Origin: Bdellovibrionales bacterium
GTDB lineage: Bacteria > Bdellovibrionota > Bdellovibrionia > Bdellovibrionales > UBA1609
Reading direction: 5' to 3'
DNA length: 27,956 bases
Assembly: GCA_050246815.1 (NCBI GenBank)
Contig: JBFWVI010000039.1
Span: forward strand, 1 to 27,956
The notes below the pieces were generated by a model that was given only the letters and a program-made list of their open reading frames with translations, had not been told where the DNA came from and did not search any database. Made by a program: the position numbers and the translations under genes. Shown in pieces: positions 1-9,617 of this stretch (position 1 is the stretch's first letter; every line of letters begins with the position of its first letter).

Positions 1-104
1 GCGCCGCGGCAAGGTTCTTCGAATTCGCAATTCGGACCAGCCCATCGTGTGCGCGTGCTAAAGTTCACCACGGCCATGGGGCCAAATTTGTATCTTGAGA
101 AGAA

Positions 105-797
105 ATGGCAAGATCAAATGTTCCCGAGTCAAGTGCCCATCCATATTCAATATCCGCCCGCTGTAACAATAAAGAGTGGTTCTGCCTACCGATGGACGAG
201 GTATGGCAAATTATGGAGAACCAACTGTTCTTCCTGCACCATGCGTATGACGCACGAATCTTACAGTTTGTTTTGATGAACAATCACTTTCATTTGATGT
301 GTATTTTTCCTAAGGGCAATCGTGCCGAAGCGATGAACTATTTTATGAGAGAAAGCAGCAGAGAAATCGCCCGACGTACAAAACGCATCAATCACATCTT
401 CGGTGGGCCCCACTACAAATGTGCAATTCAAAACCTGAATTACTATTACCACGCCTACAAATACATTTATCGCAATCCCGTGCAAGCAGGATTAGCATCG
501 CGAGTTGAAGAGTATAAGTATTCGACACTGGCGGGGCTTTTGGGTCGAATAAAAATGGCTATTCCAATGCCAGAAGATCAATTTTTATTTTCAGACGTTG
601 AGGGTGCTATTGAATGGCTAAACACGTGTACACCCACCGAAGAACGCGATGTGATTAGTCGCGGACTCAAAAAGAGGATTCTTGAATATAGCCCCAAGAA
701 AAGTGCACAAAGGATCGATCATCTAGAAGGCCCTCCCATGTTAAGAAATTATGCGGTGCAGACGGGAAAAGAAGGGCCTGCCTTTTGCTGTCTTTGA
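105..797 (+). mobile_element. REP-associated tyrosine transposase (RAYT/TnpA-REP, Y1 HUH superfamily)
   Basis: N-terminal PYSISARCNN (cf. YHxTxRGNN), HUH motif LMNNHFHL, HIFGGPHY, catalytic Tyr motif YIYRNPVQAGL and EEYKYST. No tnpB neighbour. Confidence 0.88.
760..793. repeat. Imperfect palindrome (REP-like hairpin) at the RAYT 3' end
   Basis: AGACGGGAAAAG (760-771) pairs with CTTTTGCTGTCT (782-793), with one G-T pair and one mismatch. The left part recurs at 19122-19150. Confidence 0.55.
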
Positions 798-801
798 CGT
801 C

Positions 802-3768
802 ATGACTATGGCTTTGGGCTATTGCAGATTTAATAGGCTAACATGCGGGCTTGGCGCGCCCAAAAGTGTCACTGTCTATATTGCAGTGGCTGCACTATTG
901 CTTCTGGCGCCGACCATTTCCTTCGCGAATCAAGGCGGTGTGCCTTCGCCTTGTGATGGAGCCTTGCAGTCGCCAGTAGCAGGTTTACCTACCGCTTTCG
1001 CGGGCCGGGCCATTCATGTTTATGCCAAAGGTTTCAAAGTCGGCCGACAATTGCTGCGGATGACTGGCGCCGAATACGAACGCATGGTGCGCAGCGAAGA
1101 CATTCCGCCGGATGCCATTTTGCTGGTCGACCATTTGCCATTAGAGCTGGATCTGCCCCTAGTGGCGGGAGTGATCACGGCCACCCCGCTGAATCTGGAG
1201 GGCAGTCACGTTCAGGTGCTGGCGCAGAAGATGGGGATTCCGTTGGCGTATGTGGATCAAGCCTATCAAGACCTCGGAGTGCGCCCCGAGATATCGCAAA
1301 ATGGTTACTGGATTTTACGCGCCGATGAGAGTGTGTGGCTCAATTTTTCCCTGCAGCAGCCGGCCGGAATGCATAGGCTGACTGCGAAAGCCGCGTTGCC
1401 GCGGACGTTCGACCGTACAGAGACGTTTATGTTTGCTATAGATCGAGTAAAATCATTAAAGCTAGAGATCGTTGGCGCTAAGCTGGGGCCCTTGGCTGAG
1501 CTGAAGGGTTCTTTCGCGCATGTTCAAGTGCCATCACTCGCTGGTGTTTCACCCGGATATTACGAGGGCTTTTTAAATCAGGCCCAATATCGAGGGCAAA
1601 ACCTGCGGCCCTGGCTTGCAGCGAAGCTGAAAAAAATTAATGTAAAGGGCAGCGCCGAAGTGACCAAGCGCGAGCTTGCCGAAATCCGCCAAGCCTTTCA
1701 ATCGGCAGTCATACCGCACGCCTTTTTTAGGGCGATCTTCGACAACATGGGATACTACTTTTATGCTTTGGATGGCATCTCTATTCGCACCAACAACGAG
1801 ATTGAAGACATCATAGGGGCCGGTGTTTTTTCTTCAGCCGTTGCAAAAAAATGGGACGCCACTGAGCTTGAAACAGCGATTCGTCAAGTTTGGGGCTCGA
1901 TGTACACAGTGCGCTCCTACCGCATTCGTCAGGCGCTTGGTTTACGAGAAGAAAACCTATCGATGCCACTGATGTTGCACCCGTATGTCGGCAATGAAAA
2001 AGCCAATGGAACGGGCAGTTTTGCTATGCGAAATGGCCAACTGGTTTTAAGTGTCAACTTGGTTTATGGCGACAAATCAAAAGCCACGAACCCCAGCACA
2101 TCGGCCATCACACAAACAATCCAAATCACAAAGCAAGACGGTGAGGCTGAGCCCGCTGTATTGGATCCACAGCATGGCCCGAATGCTCAGATTGCAGAAG
2201 CACTTTTGAATTTGTATCGCGATTTAAGCCCGGTGGTTCAATACGATTTTGTGAATCGTCGTTTCGTACCAGAAAGCGTAGAAATTGAATTTCTAATTTC
2301 ACAAAATAATATACCCACACTATTGCAATACAAAAGACACCACAGCCGAGAGGTCGTGCTTGCGCTTTTGCAAGGGCAGATTCAGCTTGAGGACCTTGAC
2401 CATAGTTTGGCGACAAAGTCGATCGAGACTGAGCGCGGTTTACATCTTGCGCTAAGTCGCATCGGAGTGCGGCTTCTGCAGCACGCCGAGTGGTCCAAGA
2501 CTGAAGACCTAAATCAGCGGTCCTATTTTTCTGATCGTATCGCGGTCATTCGCATGAACGGTCGACTCAGAATTGTCGCCTGGCCAGTACGACATCATGT
2601 GCAAGTCAAGGCGCAGCTCGAGATCTTAAGCGGCGGTAGAATCGAGTGGTTATGGGGTGGTTATTTGGCCCCCGTTCAAGAGGGTGAGCATCGGTATTTG
2701 TATTTCAGCGCAGCCATTGGGACTAAGAAGTTTGACCAAGAACATGTGATAGTGCCGGCTTTGCTTGAAGAGCTAAAAGAGAATCCACACTTACTTGAAG
2801 GCATTCGGAATCTGGATTTGCAAGAGACTCTGCAAGGGGTGCGGCGGCGTATTCCCTTGCCGCTGCTGAACAGCTCAAGAAATCCGTCCAGCTTGCGGGC
2901 AGCAGATTTCGAGCCAGCCTTGCAGGAGTTCGCAACGCAAGTGACTGAGACACAAATTATAGTTTTGGCCGAGCCCCATAATCTGAAAGAGATGTCACAA
3001 ATTGCGTTTGAGGCCGTGCAAGTCTTAAGCGAGACTAAGCTGATCGATTGTTTGTTTGTCGAGTTGCCTATTGAGTTACAGTCCGCGCTTGATCAATTTA
3101 GTCGGGACGCCAACACGGTGCGTTTGGCACGAGCGATTTACGCCGCTCAACGCCCCGGATTTAAAAATTCTTGGCGTCGAATTTTTGCCGATGACTTCGA
3201 GACGCAAAACAAAGCCAACGACGTTTTTGGTCCGGCGAATCGCTCGCAGTTGTTGGCCGCGCTTCAACCCACACCCCTTAGTCCGAGCCTGGGTGCCCTG
3301 GCGAAAACCGGTGCGATAAAAATATGGGCCTATGATGTTGGTCTTCGCAGCGATTTGTACCAACGTGCTGGCGATCTGCAGATGCTGTCCTTGTTGGATC
3401 CAAGACGATTCGAGCAAATCCAAACACAGCTGGAATATTATCAAATCTTAAACCAACGCAATGCGTGGATGGCCGAGCAGATTAACCAGCGCCATCAAGC
3501 CCAGCAATGCAGCCGAAGCATGGTCGTTGTTGGTGCGGACCACTTGCAAATGCCTGTTCAGCTTGAAAAACGTGTGGGGGCGACCGTGCCCTACGATGCA
3601 CTGAATCGCCGGTTAAGTGAGTTTGGTTTAAGAACTGCGGCTCTTTTAGTCGGTTCAAGCCAAGGGTACAAACTTGTGCGGCCACAATTTCGCAAGGTCG
3701 AGCCAGGCCAAACTTGGCTGAGCGAATACTGGAATCTCACGGGCCAACTTGTTGTTTCACCCAAATAA
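802..3768 (+). CDS. Probably exported multidomain protein: phospho-His (PEP-utiliser mobile) domain, PEP/pyruvate-binding ATP-grasp domain, unknown middle domain and C-terminal EreA/ChaN/TraB(TIKI)-like domain
   Basis: Hydrophobic signal-like segment VYIAVAALLLLAPTISFA. GSHVQVLAQKMGIP (cf. SHAAIVARELGIP). PPDK_N-like motifs VGAKLGPLAEL, IRTNNEIED..GAGVF, AIRQVWGSMY, EIEF, LLQYK. C-terminal LAEPH, LFVE, RNAWMA, VVVGADH. Start uncertain: ATG 802 or 808 preferred over 751, which overlaps the RAYT. Confidence 0.75.
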   Translation: MTMALGYCRFNRLTCGLGAPKSVTVYIAVAALLLLAPTISFANQGGVPSPCDGALQSPVAGLPTAFAGRAIHVYAKGFKVGRQLLRMTGAEYERMVRSEDIPPDAILLVDHLPLELDLPLVAGVITATPLNLEGSHVQVLAQKMGIPLAYVDQAYQDLGVRPEISQNGYWILRADESVWLNFSLQQPAGMHRLTAKAALPRTFDRTETFMFAIDRVKSLKLEIVGAKLGPLAELKGSFAHVQVPSLAGVSPGYYEGFLNQAQYRGQNLRPWLAAKLKKINVKGSAEVTKRELAEIRQAFQSAVIPHAFFRAIFDNMGYYFYALDGISIRTNNEIEDIIGAGVFSSAVAKKWDATELETAIRQVWGSMYTVRSYRIRQALGLREENLSMPLMLHPYVGNEKANGTGSFAMRNGQLVLSVNLVYGDKSKATNPSTSAITQTIQITKQDGEAEPAVLDPQHGPNAQIAEALLNLYRDLSPVVQYDFVNRRFVPESVEIEFLISQNNIPTLLQYKRHHSREVVLALLQGQIQLEDLDHSLATKSIETERGLHLALSRIGVRLLQHAEWSKTEDLNQRSYFSDRIAVIRMNGRLRIVAWPVRHHVQVKAQLEILSGGRIEWLWGGYLAPVQEGEHRYLYFSAAIGTKKFDQEHVIVPALLEELKENPHLLEGIRNLDLQETLQGVRRRIPLPLLNSSRNPSSLRAADFEPALQEFATQVTETQIIVLAEPHNLKEMSQIAFEAVQVLSETKLIDCLFVELPIELQSALDQFSRDANTVRLARAIYAAQRPGFKNSWRRIFADDFETQNKANDVFGPANRSQLLAALQPTPLSPSLGALAKTGAIKIWAYDVGLRSDLYQRAGDLQMLSLLDPRRFEQIQTQLEYYQILNQRNAWMAEQINQRHQAQQCSRSMVVVGADHLQMPVQLEKRVGATVPYDALNRRLSEFGLRTAALLVGSSQGYKLVRPQFRKVEPGQTWLSEYWNLTGQLVVSPK

Positions 3769-3798
3769 AAAACCCCCGAGGCGACCCGAGGGTTTTTC
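3767..3798. terminator. Bidirectional intrinsic terminator between convergent genes
   Basis: AAAAACCCCCGAGGCGACCCGAGGGTTTTT: GC-rich stem flanked by A and T tracts. Confidence 0.7.
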
Positions 3799-3824
3799 TA
3801 AATCAACTACTTCTCTCGAGCAAA

Positions 3825-4346
3825 TTAGTTGTTCAGGCTTTTGTTTGAATTGGGCAGGTCCGGCAATTCGTTGCTGACGCTGCGCGACTCTTGAGTTGAA
3901 GCGGCGGCGGCATTGGCGGCCGTTGCAACGCGTTCTTCTAATGACTTGCGGACATCGTCGTGTGAAGCACGAATTTCCGCTTTCATAGCTTCCGCTTGAG
4001 CTTGAACGCGCTCAGCGTAGTCTTTCGGGAAGGCACCCAGTTTGGCTAGGTAGCTTGAAATGCTGCCGTTGCCGTTTTGGATGATTTCACGAAGTGTGAA
4101 CAGTGGTGCGTAAGAAGAAGCCTTTTTCTCAGCTTCAAAGATGATTTGCGTCAAAGTTGCCGCAGTGATGTCGTTTTTGGTCTTATTATCGATGACCATT
4201 ACGTCTTCGCTGGTGCGAATCATTTTGGCGATATCGTCCAAGGTGACATAGCAGCTTTGCTGAGTGTCATACAGCTTGCGGTTTTGATAACGCTTGATGA
4301 TTTTGGTTTTAGAACTCGGTTTGCTCGTCATAATTTCCTGGTTCAC
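3825..4346 (-). CDS. PhaR-like polyhydroxyalkanoate synthesis regulator DNA-binding domain protein
   Basis: IIKRYQNRKLYDT..SCYVTLDDIAKMI...V.VIDNKT..DIT...LTQII is the PHB_acc_N signature. GTG start with a GAGGGAGG SD. Confidence 0.85.
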   Translation of the reverse strand: MNQEIMTSKPSSKTKIIKRYQNRKLYDTQQSCYVTLDDIAKMIRTSEDVMVIDNKTKNDITAATLTQIIFEAEKKASSYAPLFTLREIIQNGNGSISSYLAKLGAFPKDYAERVQAQAEAMKAEIRASHDDVRKSLEERVATAANAAAASTQESRSVSNELPDLPNSNKSLNN

Positions 4347-4398
4347 CGAAAGCCTCCCTCTCGAAGTTTCAGCTCAAACACGGTGCATTGTTGCGGGG

Positions 4399-4428
4399 AC
4401 AATAGTCACCCCCGCCACAGCTTGTCAA
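4399..4428 (-). promoter_or_regulatory. Candidate sigma70 promoter for the phaR-like gene
   Basis: Minus strand TTGACA-N18-TATTGT, about 50 nt upstream of the start. Confidence 0.4.
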
Positions 4429-4595
4429 GCAGGCCAGTCCAGCATTTCCAAACAATTCCAAAGCCATACTCGACACCGCGCTTCACGCCTTATGATGTGA
4501 CTCGTCATTTTGGGTGTTTGGGTTAGCGCGCGGCTTGATGAAAAGACATCATTAAAGCTTTTGCAAGACCCAAAAGATTATAAAAAATCAATAAA

Positions 4596-4608
4596 TATCA
4601 ATATGTTA
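4596..4608 (+). promoter_or_regulatory. Candidate IHF binding site
   Basis: TATCAA-TATG-TTA matches WATCAA-N4-TTR exactly and has an upstream A-tract, within an AT-rich patch. Confidence 0.5.
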
Positions 4609-4735
4609 TATTAATCCTAGAAGGATCTAGTCCAAGACTATTACTAGCCCTTTAGGTGTGTAAAGGATCTAGACCCCCGCTGAAATTACCCGGTCTAGAT
4701 CTTCTTCAAAGCTCTGAAAACCGTACCAGGCTTGG

Positions 4736-4763
4736 TCAAGCCCCCTCTGAAAAGTGCCGATAA
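4736..4763 (+). promoter_or_regulatory. Candidate sigma28 (FliA) promoter
   Basis: TCAAG-N15-GCCGATAA with a perfect -10 box, 30 nt upstream of the TPR gene. Confidence 0.7.
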
Positions 4764-4793
4764 GCACTTACCAGGAGAGGTGGGGATCCGGTT

Positions 4794-6638
4794 ATGCCAG
4801 GTGGGCTGAAGATCAAAATCTTACTTTTGGCGTCCATTTTGACCGGATGCGCGTCTCTCAACCAGAGTGGCTTTGGCCGTTATCGAGACCCAGCTTTGAG
4901 CAATCTTAACCCAGCGCCCGCAGGGATGGCGCCGCAAGTGACCGCTCCTGATGGGGATGCCACGCTCGATCCTGTCTACATGCGCAGCCAAGCGGATTAC
5001 CACTACACTATGGCCGAGGCCATGAGTCTTGAGGGCCGCTCTGAAAAGGCTGTGGAAGAGTTCAAACTCACTTTGATCTATGATCCAGACTCGATTGCCG
5101 TGCGCTTGCGCCTGGGCCAAGAGTATGTACGACTAGGGCTTTTGAGCGAGGCCGTGGAGCATGTGGAGGGCGCTGTGGCGCAAGAGCCCACTTCTGAACC
5201 CGCTCGCATGATGTTGGCTGGCTTATTTTCAGCCTTAAAAATGTACGACCAAGCGCTCGATCAGTATCAGCAGGTCAGCGCCCAGCACCCACAAAACGGC
5301 GAGGCCCCAATTTACATTGGAGCCCTGCTGGCGGAACAGAAGAAGACCGACGAAGCCATTGCCCAGTTCTTGAAAGTGGCCAAGTCGCCTCACACCAAAG
5401 AGCCTGAGCGTGCCTATTATTACATGGGCCGTATCCGCGCCGAGCAGGGCGGCAAAGAGAACATGAGGTCGGCTGAGAAGCATTTGAGTCAAGCGCTGAA
5501 AGTGAAGCCGGATTACACCGACGCGGTGTTGGCTTTGGCCAGCGTGATGAAAGAGCAAGACCGTGAAAAAGCGGGCTTGAAGCTGCTCGAATCCTATCAA
5601 GAGAAGTTTGGCCCCACTCGCGAAGTGGCTCGGGTGCTGAGTCGCACTTATCTGGATCAAGAGGAATATGAGAAGGCCTATGGCCAACTTGAGATTCTGG
5701 AGGGCTTTGAGCGTGACAACTTGAATGTGCGCATTCAGTTGGCGTTAATCCTGATCGAACAGAAAAAATATGCCGCAGCCATCTACCGCCTGGAAGACAT
5801 TTTGTCGCAGGCACCTGAGTTGGACAAGATTCGTTATTACCTAGGCGCGGTTTACGAAGAAGTGAAAAGTTACAGTGCCGCGATTCAGAACTACCAGATG
5901 GTGCCGCCGTCTAGCAGCTACTTCACCGAATCGGTGATCCACACCGCGCACATTTATAAAACCCGCGGCAAATTGCGCGAAGCCACCGAAGCCGTGCAGC
6001 AGGCTATTGCTTTGCGCGACGATATCCCCCAGTTTTATGCTTATTATGCGACGCTTTTAGATGACCAAAAAGAGTTCAAATCAGCTGTCACCATGCTTAA
6101 AAAGGCTGTCGACAAATTTCCTGAGCATGCACAACTGCACTTTTTCTTAGGTTCTATGCAGGATCGTATTGGCGATTCGAAATCCACCATCACTTCAATG
6201 AAGCGCGTGCTGGAAATCGATGGCGACCATGTGCAGGCCTTGAATTACTTGGCTTACACCTATGCCGAGCAAGATTTGGAGCTGGATGCGGCCGAAGACA
6301 TGGCTCGTCGCGCACTCGCTATGCAGCCCAACGACGGTTATATCCTGGATACGATCGGTTGGGTTTTGTTTAAAAAGGGCAAAGTCGAGAACGCCATTCG
6401 CTACCTGGAAGCCGCATACAAAGTGAAAGCCGACGAAGCCATCATTGCCGAGCACCTGGCTGACGCGTACTTCCGCCAGCAGATGCTGGACCGTGCTCGT
6501 GCGCTATACCGCCGCGCGGCCGCGATGGAAACCGATAGTCGCAAACTCCAGAAGATCCAGGCCAAACTCGCCGCCACCGAAAAGCAGATGGAAACCGTGC
6601 AGCGCATGCCGGCTTCGCAGTCCGCCGCTCCCAACTGA
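4794..6638 (+). CDS. Tetratricopeptide-repeat lipoprotein (LbcA/PA4667-like)
   Basis: Lipobox LTGC, many TPR helices, and C-terminal ALNYLAYTYAE...AE..ARRAL..QPNDGYILDTIGWVLFKKG typical of this family. Confidence 0.85.
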   Translation: MPGGLKIKILLLASILTGCASLNQSGFGRYRDPALSNLNPAPAGMAPQVTAPDGDATLDPVYMRSQADYHYTMAEAMSLEGRSEKAVEEFKLTLIYDPDSIAVRLRLGQEYVRLGLLSEAVEHVEGAVAQEPTSEPARMMLAGLFSALKMYDQALDQYQQVSAQHPQNGEAPIYIGALLAEQKKTDEAIAQFLKVAKSPHTKEPERAYYYMGRIRAEQGGKENMRSAEKHLSQALKVKPDYTDAVLALASVMKEQDREKAGLKLLESYQEKFGPTREVARVLSRTYLDQEEYEKAYGQLEILEGFERDNLNVRIQLALILIEQKKYAAAIYRLEDILSQAPELDKIRYYLGAVYEEVKSYSAAIQNYQMVPPSSSYFTESVIHTAHIYKTRGKLREATEAVQQAIALRDDIPQFYAYYATLLDDQKEFKSAVTMLKKAVDKFPEHAQLHFFLGSMQDRIGDSKSTITSMKRVLEIDGDHVQALNYLAYTYAEQDLELDAAEDMARRALAMQPNDGYILDTIGWVLFKKGKVENAIRYLEAAYKVKADEAIIAEHLADAYFRQQMLDRARALYRRAAAMETDSRKLQKIQAKLAATEKQMETVQRMPASQSAAPN

Positions 6639-6698
6639 GGTCGCGGCTTTTTTGCGGGAGCCCCGCGTAAGAACTCCAACGCGCAACAACCTTGCGAA

Positions 6699-6715
6699 TA
6701 GGCACGAACTTAGCT
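6699..6715 (+). promoter_or_regulatory. Candidate sigma54 promoter
   Basis: TAGGCACGAACTTAGCT: GG-N10-GC with a GGCAC core, about 50 nt before ATG 6763. Confidence 0.45.
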
Positions 6716-6762
6716 AACCCTTAAGGGGGCCCTTAATTCGTGTTGCTTTTGTGGAGGACGGA

Positions 6763-7374
6763 ATGCGTTCGTTTGCGTTGGTGTTCATGGCGGTTTCAGG
6801 TTTGAGCGCATGCGTGACGGCGCCGGTTCGTTACGACTTGCAGCTTGAAGGACAATGGCAGGCCAAAGCCCTGATCCGCGACAAGCGCGCTGGCAAATCC
6901 GCCGTGGTCGGGTTGGACATCAATGCGATCCGCGAACAGCAAATGCGCATGGACGTGACCGCCGCCATGGGGCATCCGGTTGCAAGCCTGGTGATGAATG
7001 GTAATGCCATGACCTATGTTTTGATCGAACAAAAGCAGTACTACAAAGGAGCTGCCACGGCCGGGGCCCTGAAGCCGATCTTGGCCATGCCACTGGAACC
7101 CAAGCTTTTGTATAACGTGATGTTTGATTTGCCGATTGCGGACAAATCATGGACCTGCACCAGTGACAATAAAGGTTATTTAAGCGAATGCAAAAATATG
7201 GGATCAGAGACTACGATTCGTTGGAGCGAACGCCAAGGTCGTCGCAAGTTGATTAGCTTGGACCATGCGTCAGGCAGTGTGCAAATTAGCGTGAGCAAAT
7301 TCCAGCCTAAGGTCGAGGACCGTGCGCAATTGTTTGAGCTCTTGCCCCCCAAATCGTTTAAAGCGCTTCGCTAA
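6763..7374 (+). CDS. Lipoprotein of LolB-like/DUF4292-type fold
   Basis: GGAGG SD, lipobox LSAC, beta-rich ~200 aa. It follows an LbcA-like TPR gene, as lolB does in other bacteria. Confidence 0.6.
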   Translation: MRSFALVFMAVSGLSACVTAPVRYDLQLEGQWQAKALIRDKRAGKSAVVGLDINAIREQQMRMDVTAAMGHPVASLVMNGNAMTYVLIEQKQYYKGAATAGALKPILAMPLEPKLLYNVMFDLPIADKSWTCTSDNKGYLSECKNMGSETTIRWSERQGRRKLISLDHASGSVQISVSKFQPKVEDRAQLFELLPPKSFKALR

Positions 7375-7514
7375 AGCAACGTTTCAATTTGAAATTAAGA
7401 GTCTTTATACCAAGTATCAGCCAGACGGATTAACCCTTCTGGCCATTGCTGGTTGTCCAGCCTTTAGGGCATAATAGCCTTAGGTGTTCATTGGACGTCT
7501 ATGGAGGGGGTCTT

Positions 7515-9602
7515 ATGGCGGGCGATTCAGGGCGCGGCAATTTCGAGCAAATGATACGCAATATGCAGCAGTCGGGCCGCTTCCAAGAGCTGAGCTGGTC
7601 AGGATCGTTTTTCGACTATCTCAGTTTGGTACGTGAAAATCCGAAGATCACTCGTAACGCGTTTCAACGCATGTACGACATGATTGTCGACAAAGGCATG
7701 GTTGAATACGTCGACGTTAAAAAACAAATGATCCACTATAAATTCTTCGACGATGAAGACAATGACGGTCGTGACGCCGTTTTTGGCGCCGATATTCCGC
7801 TTATGAAATTAGTGAATGTCTTGCGCGCGGCCGCGCTGGGCTACGGCACCGAGAAGCGGGTGATTTTGCTTCACGGGCCAGTGGGCAGCGCCAAATCGAC
7901 GATTTGCCGCCAACTGAAAGCGGGTCTAGAACGCTATTCGCGAACTGATGCGGGTGCCATGTACACTTTTGAGTGGGTGGATGAAGACGGCAAACACGAA
8001 GACATCTTTGGCAAAGGTGTTCGGGTGTTTCCGAGTCCCATGCATGAAGAGCCTTTGCTGCTGGTGCCGGTTGAAATGCGTCAGCAAATCATCGATGAAT
8101 TGAATCGTGGCAGCCGCTCTGAATTCAGAGTGAATATCGTCGGCGAGTTGTGCCCGCCCAGCCGGTACATTTTTAAAGGCTTATTGGATCGCTACGGCGG
8201 TGATGTGAATCGCGTTTTAAACCATGTGCGCGTGAAACGCATGGTTCTTTCAGAAGCCGATCGCATCGGCATTGGCACGTTTCAGCCGAAAGATGAAAAA
8301 AACCAAGACAGCACCGAGCTGACCGGGGACTTGAATTATCGCAAGATCGCCGAATATGGTTCGGATTCAGATCCGCGTGCTTTTAACTTTGACGGGGAAT
8401 TTAACGTTGCCAACCGCGGGATGATTGAGTTCGTCGAGGTGCTGAAGCTGGATGTGGCGTTCTTGTACGATCTGTTGGGCGCATCGCAAGAGCATCGCGT
8501 GAAACCTAAAAAGTTCGCGCAGACTTTCATTGACGAGGTGATCATCGGTCACACCAACGAACCCGAGTATCGCAAGCTGCAAGACAACGAGTTCATGGAA
8601 GCCTTGCGTGATCGCACAGTCAAGATCGATATTCCGTATATCACCAAGCTGAAAGACGAAATTAAGATTTACAAAAAAGACTTTAACAGTCGCGTGCTAC
8701 GCGGTGTCAGCATTGCACCGCACACCATTGAAATGGCGGCCATGTGGGCGATCTTGTCGCGACTTGAAAAGCCCAAGAAGGCCAATCTGACACGTCTGCA
8801 AAAATTAAAGCTTTATGATGGCAAGTCTTTGCCCAACTACACCGAAGACAATATCAAAGAGCTGCGCAAAGATGCCAAACGTGAGGGACTTGAGGGCATT
8901 TCGCCTCGCTACATCCAGGATAAAATTTCGAACGCCATCGTGATGGCACAGCAGATGAACCGGGGGTCTGTGAATCCTTTTATGGTCTTGAACGAACTTG
9001 AAGGGGGTTTAAAACACCACTCGTTGCTGTCGAATGAAGAAATGAAGCAGGACTTCAAAGAACTATTGAGTGTTGTTAAGCAAGAGTATGAGGAAGTGAT
9101 CAAAGCCGAAGTGCAGCGCGCGATTTCGGCCGATGAGGGTGCTTTGCAGCGCTTATGCGCCAACTACATCGACAATGTGAAGGCGTACACGCAAAAAGAG
9201 CGCGTGCGCAACCAATTCACGGGCCGCGATGAGGATCCGGATGAGCGCTTGATGCGTTCGATCGAAGATAAGATCGAAATTCCTGAATCTCGCAAAGATG
9301 ATTTTCGCCGCGAGATCATGAATTACATCGGCGCCTTGGCTTTAGAGGGCAAACGCTTCGATTTCAAAACCAACGAACGTCTGCAAAAAGCTTTGGAACT
9401 GAAGCTGTTCGAAGATCAAAAAGACACCATTAAGCTGACTTCGTTGGTGTCCTCGGTGGTCGATAAAGATACGCAAGAAAAAATCGACATTGTGAAAACT
9501 CGTTTGATCAAAGAATTTGGTTACGACGAGATTTCGGCGACGGATGTGCTGCATTATGTGGCCAGCATCTTCGCCCGGGGCGATGTGAAGGACAAAAAGT
9601 AG
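7515..9602 (+). CDS. prkA: PrkA/YeaG family AAA+ serine protein kinase
   Basis: [12 protein letters not shown]alker [45 protein letters not shown] 7515 has a GGAGG SD. Confidence 0.95.
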   Translation: MAGDSGRGNFEQMIRNMQQSGRFQELSWSGSFFDYLSLVRENPKITRNAFQRMYDMIVDKGMVEYVDVKKQMIHYKFFDDEDNDGRDAVFGADIPLMKLVNVLRAAALGYGTEKRVILLHGPVGSAKSTICRQLKAGLERYSRTDAGAMYTFEWVDEDGKHEDIFGKGVRVFPSPMHEEPLLLVPVEMRQQIIDELNRGSRSEFRVNIVGELCPPSRYIFKGLLDRYGGDVNRVLNHVRVKRMVLSEADRIGIGTFQPKDEKNQDSTELTGDLNYRKIAEYGSDSDPRAFNFDGEFNVANRGMIEFVEVLKLDVAFLYDLLGASQEHRVKPKKFAQTFIDEVIIGHTNEPEYRKLQDNEFMEALRDRTVKIDIPYITKLKDEIKIYKKDFNSRVLRGVSIAPHTIEMAAMWAILSRLEKPKKANLTRLQKLKLYDGKSLPNYTEDNIKELRKDAKREGLEGISPRYIQDKISNAIVMAQQMNRGSVNPFMVLNELEGGLKHHSLLSNEEMKQDFKELLSVVKQEYEEVIKAEVQRAISADEGALQRLCANYIDNVKAYTQKERVRNQFTGRDEDPDERLMRSIEDKIEIPESRKDDFRREIMNYIGALALEGKRFDFKTNERLQKALELKLFEDQKDTIKLTSLVSSVVDKDTQEKIDIVKTRLIKEFGYDEISATDVLHYVASIFARGDVKDKK

Positions 9603-9617
9603 CGTTGGAGGATTTTT

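Noticed and set aside
105..797. IS200/IS605 element with TnpB
   Set aside because: No tnpB is adjacent, and the length and motifs (RCNN, NPVQAG) fit RAYT rather than the ~150-aa IS200 TnpA.
751..801. ORF-track start of the 1005-aa protein at 751
   Set aside because: It overlaps the RAYT and its palindrome and pushes the signal-like segment far from the N-terminus. A later start is more plausible.
802..3768. Call as ppsA, ppdK or rifampin phosphotransferase
   Set aside because: The domain order differs, there is no pyruvate-binding barrel, and it carries a signal-like N-terminus.
4347..4793. Possible tRNA, ncRNA or replication origin in the long intergenic region
   Set aside because: No cloverleaf, T-loop motif or DnaA-box cluster was seen. 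It is explained adequately as divergent promoters.
7446..7514. N-terminal extension of prkA; similar over-extensions at 12309, 20974 and 21022
   Set aside because: Downstream starts have better SD sequences and/or give the canonical family length.
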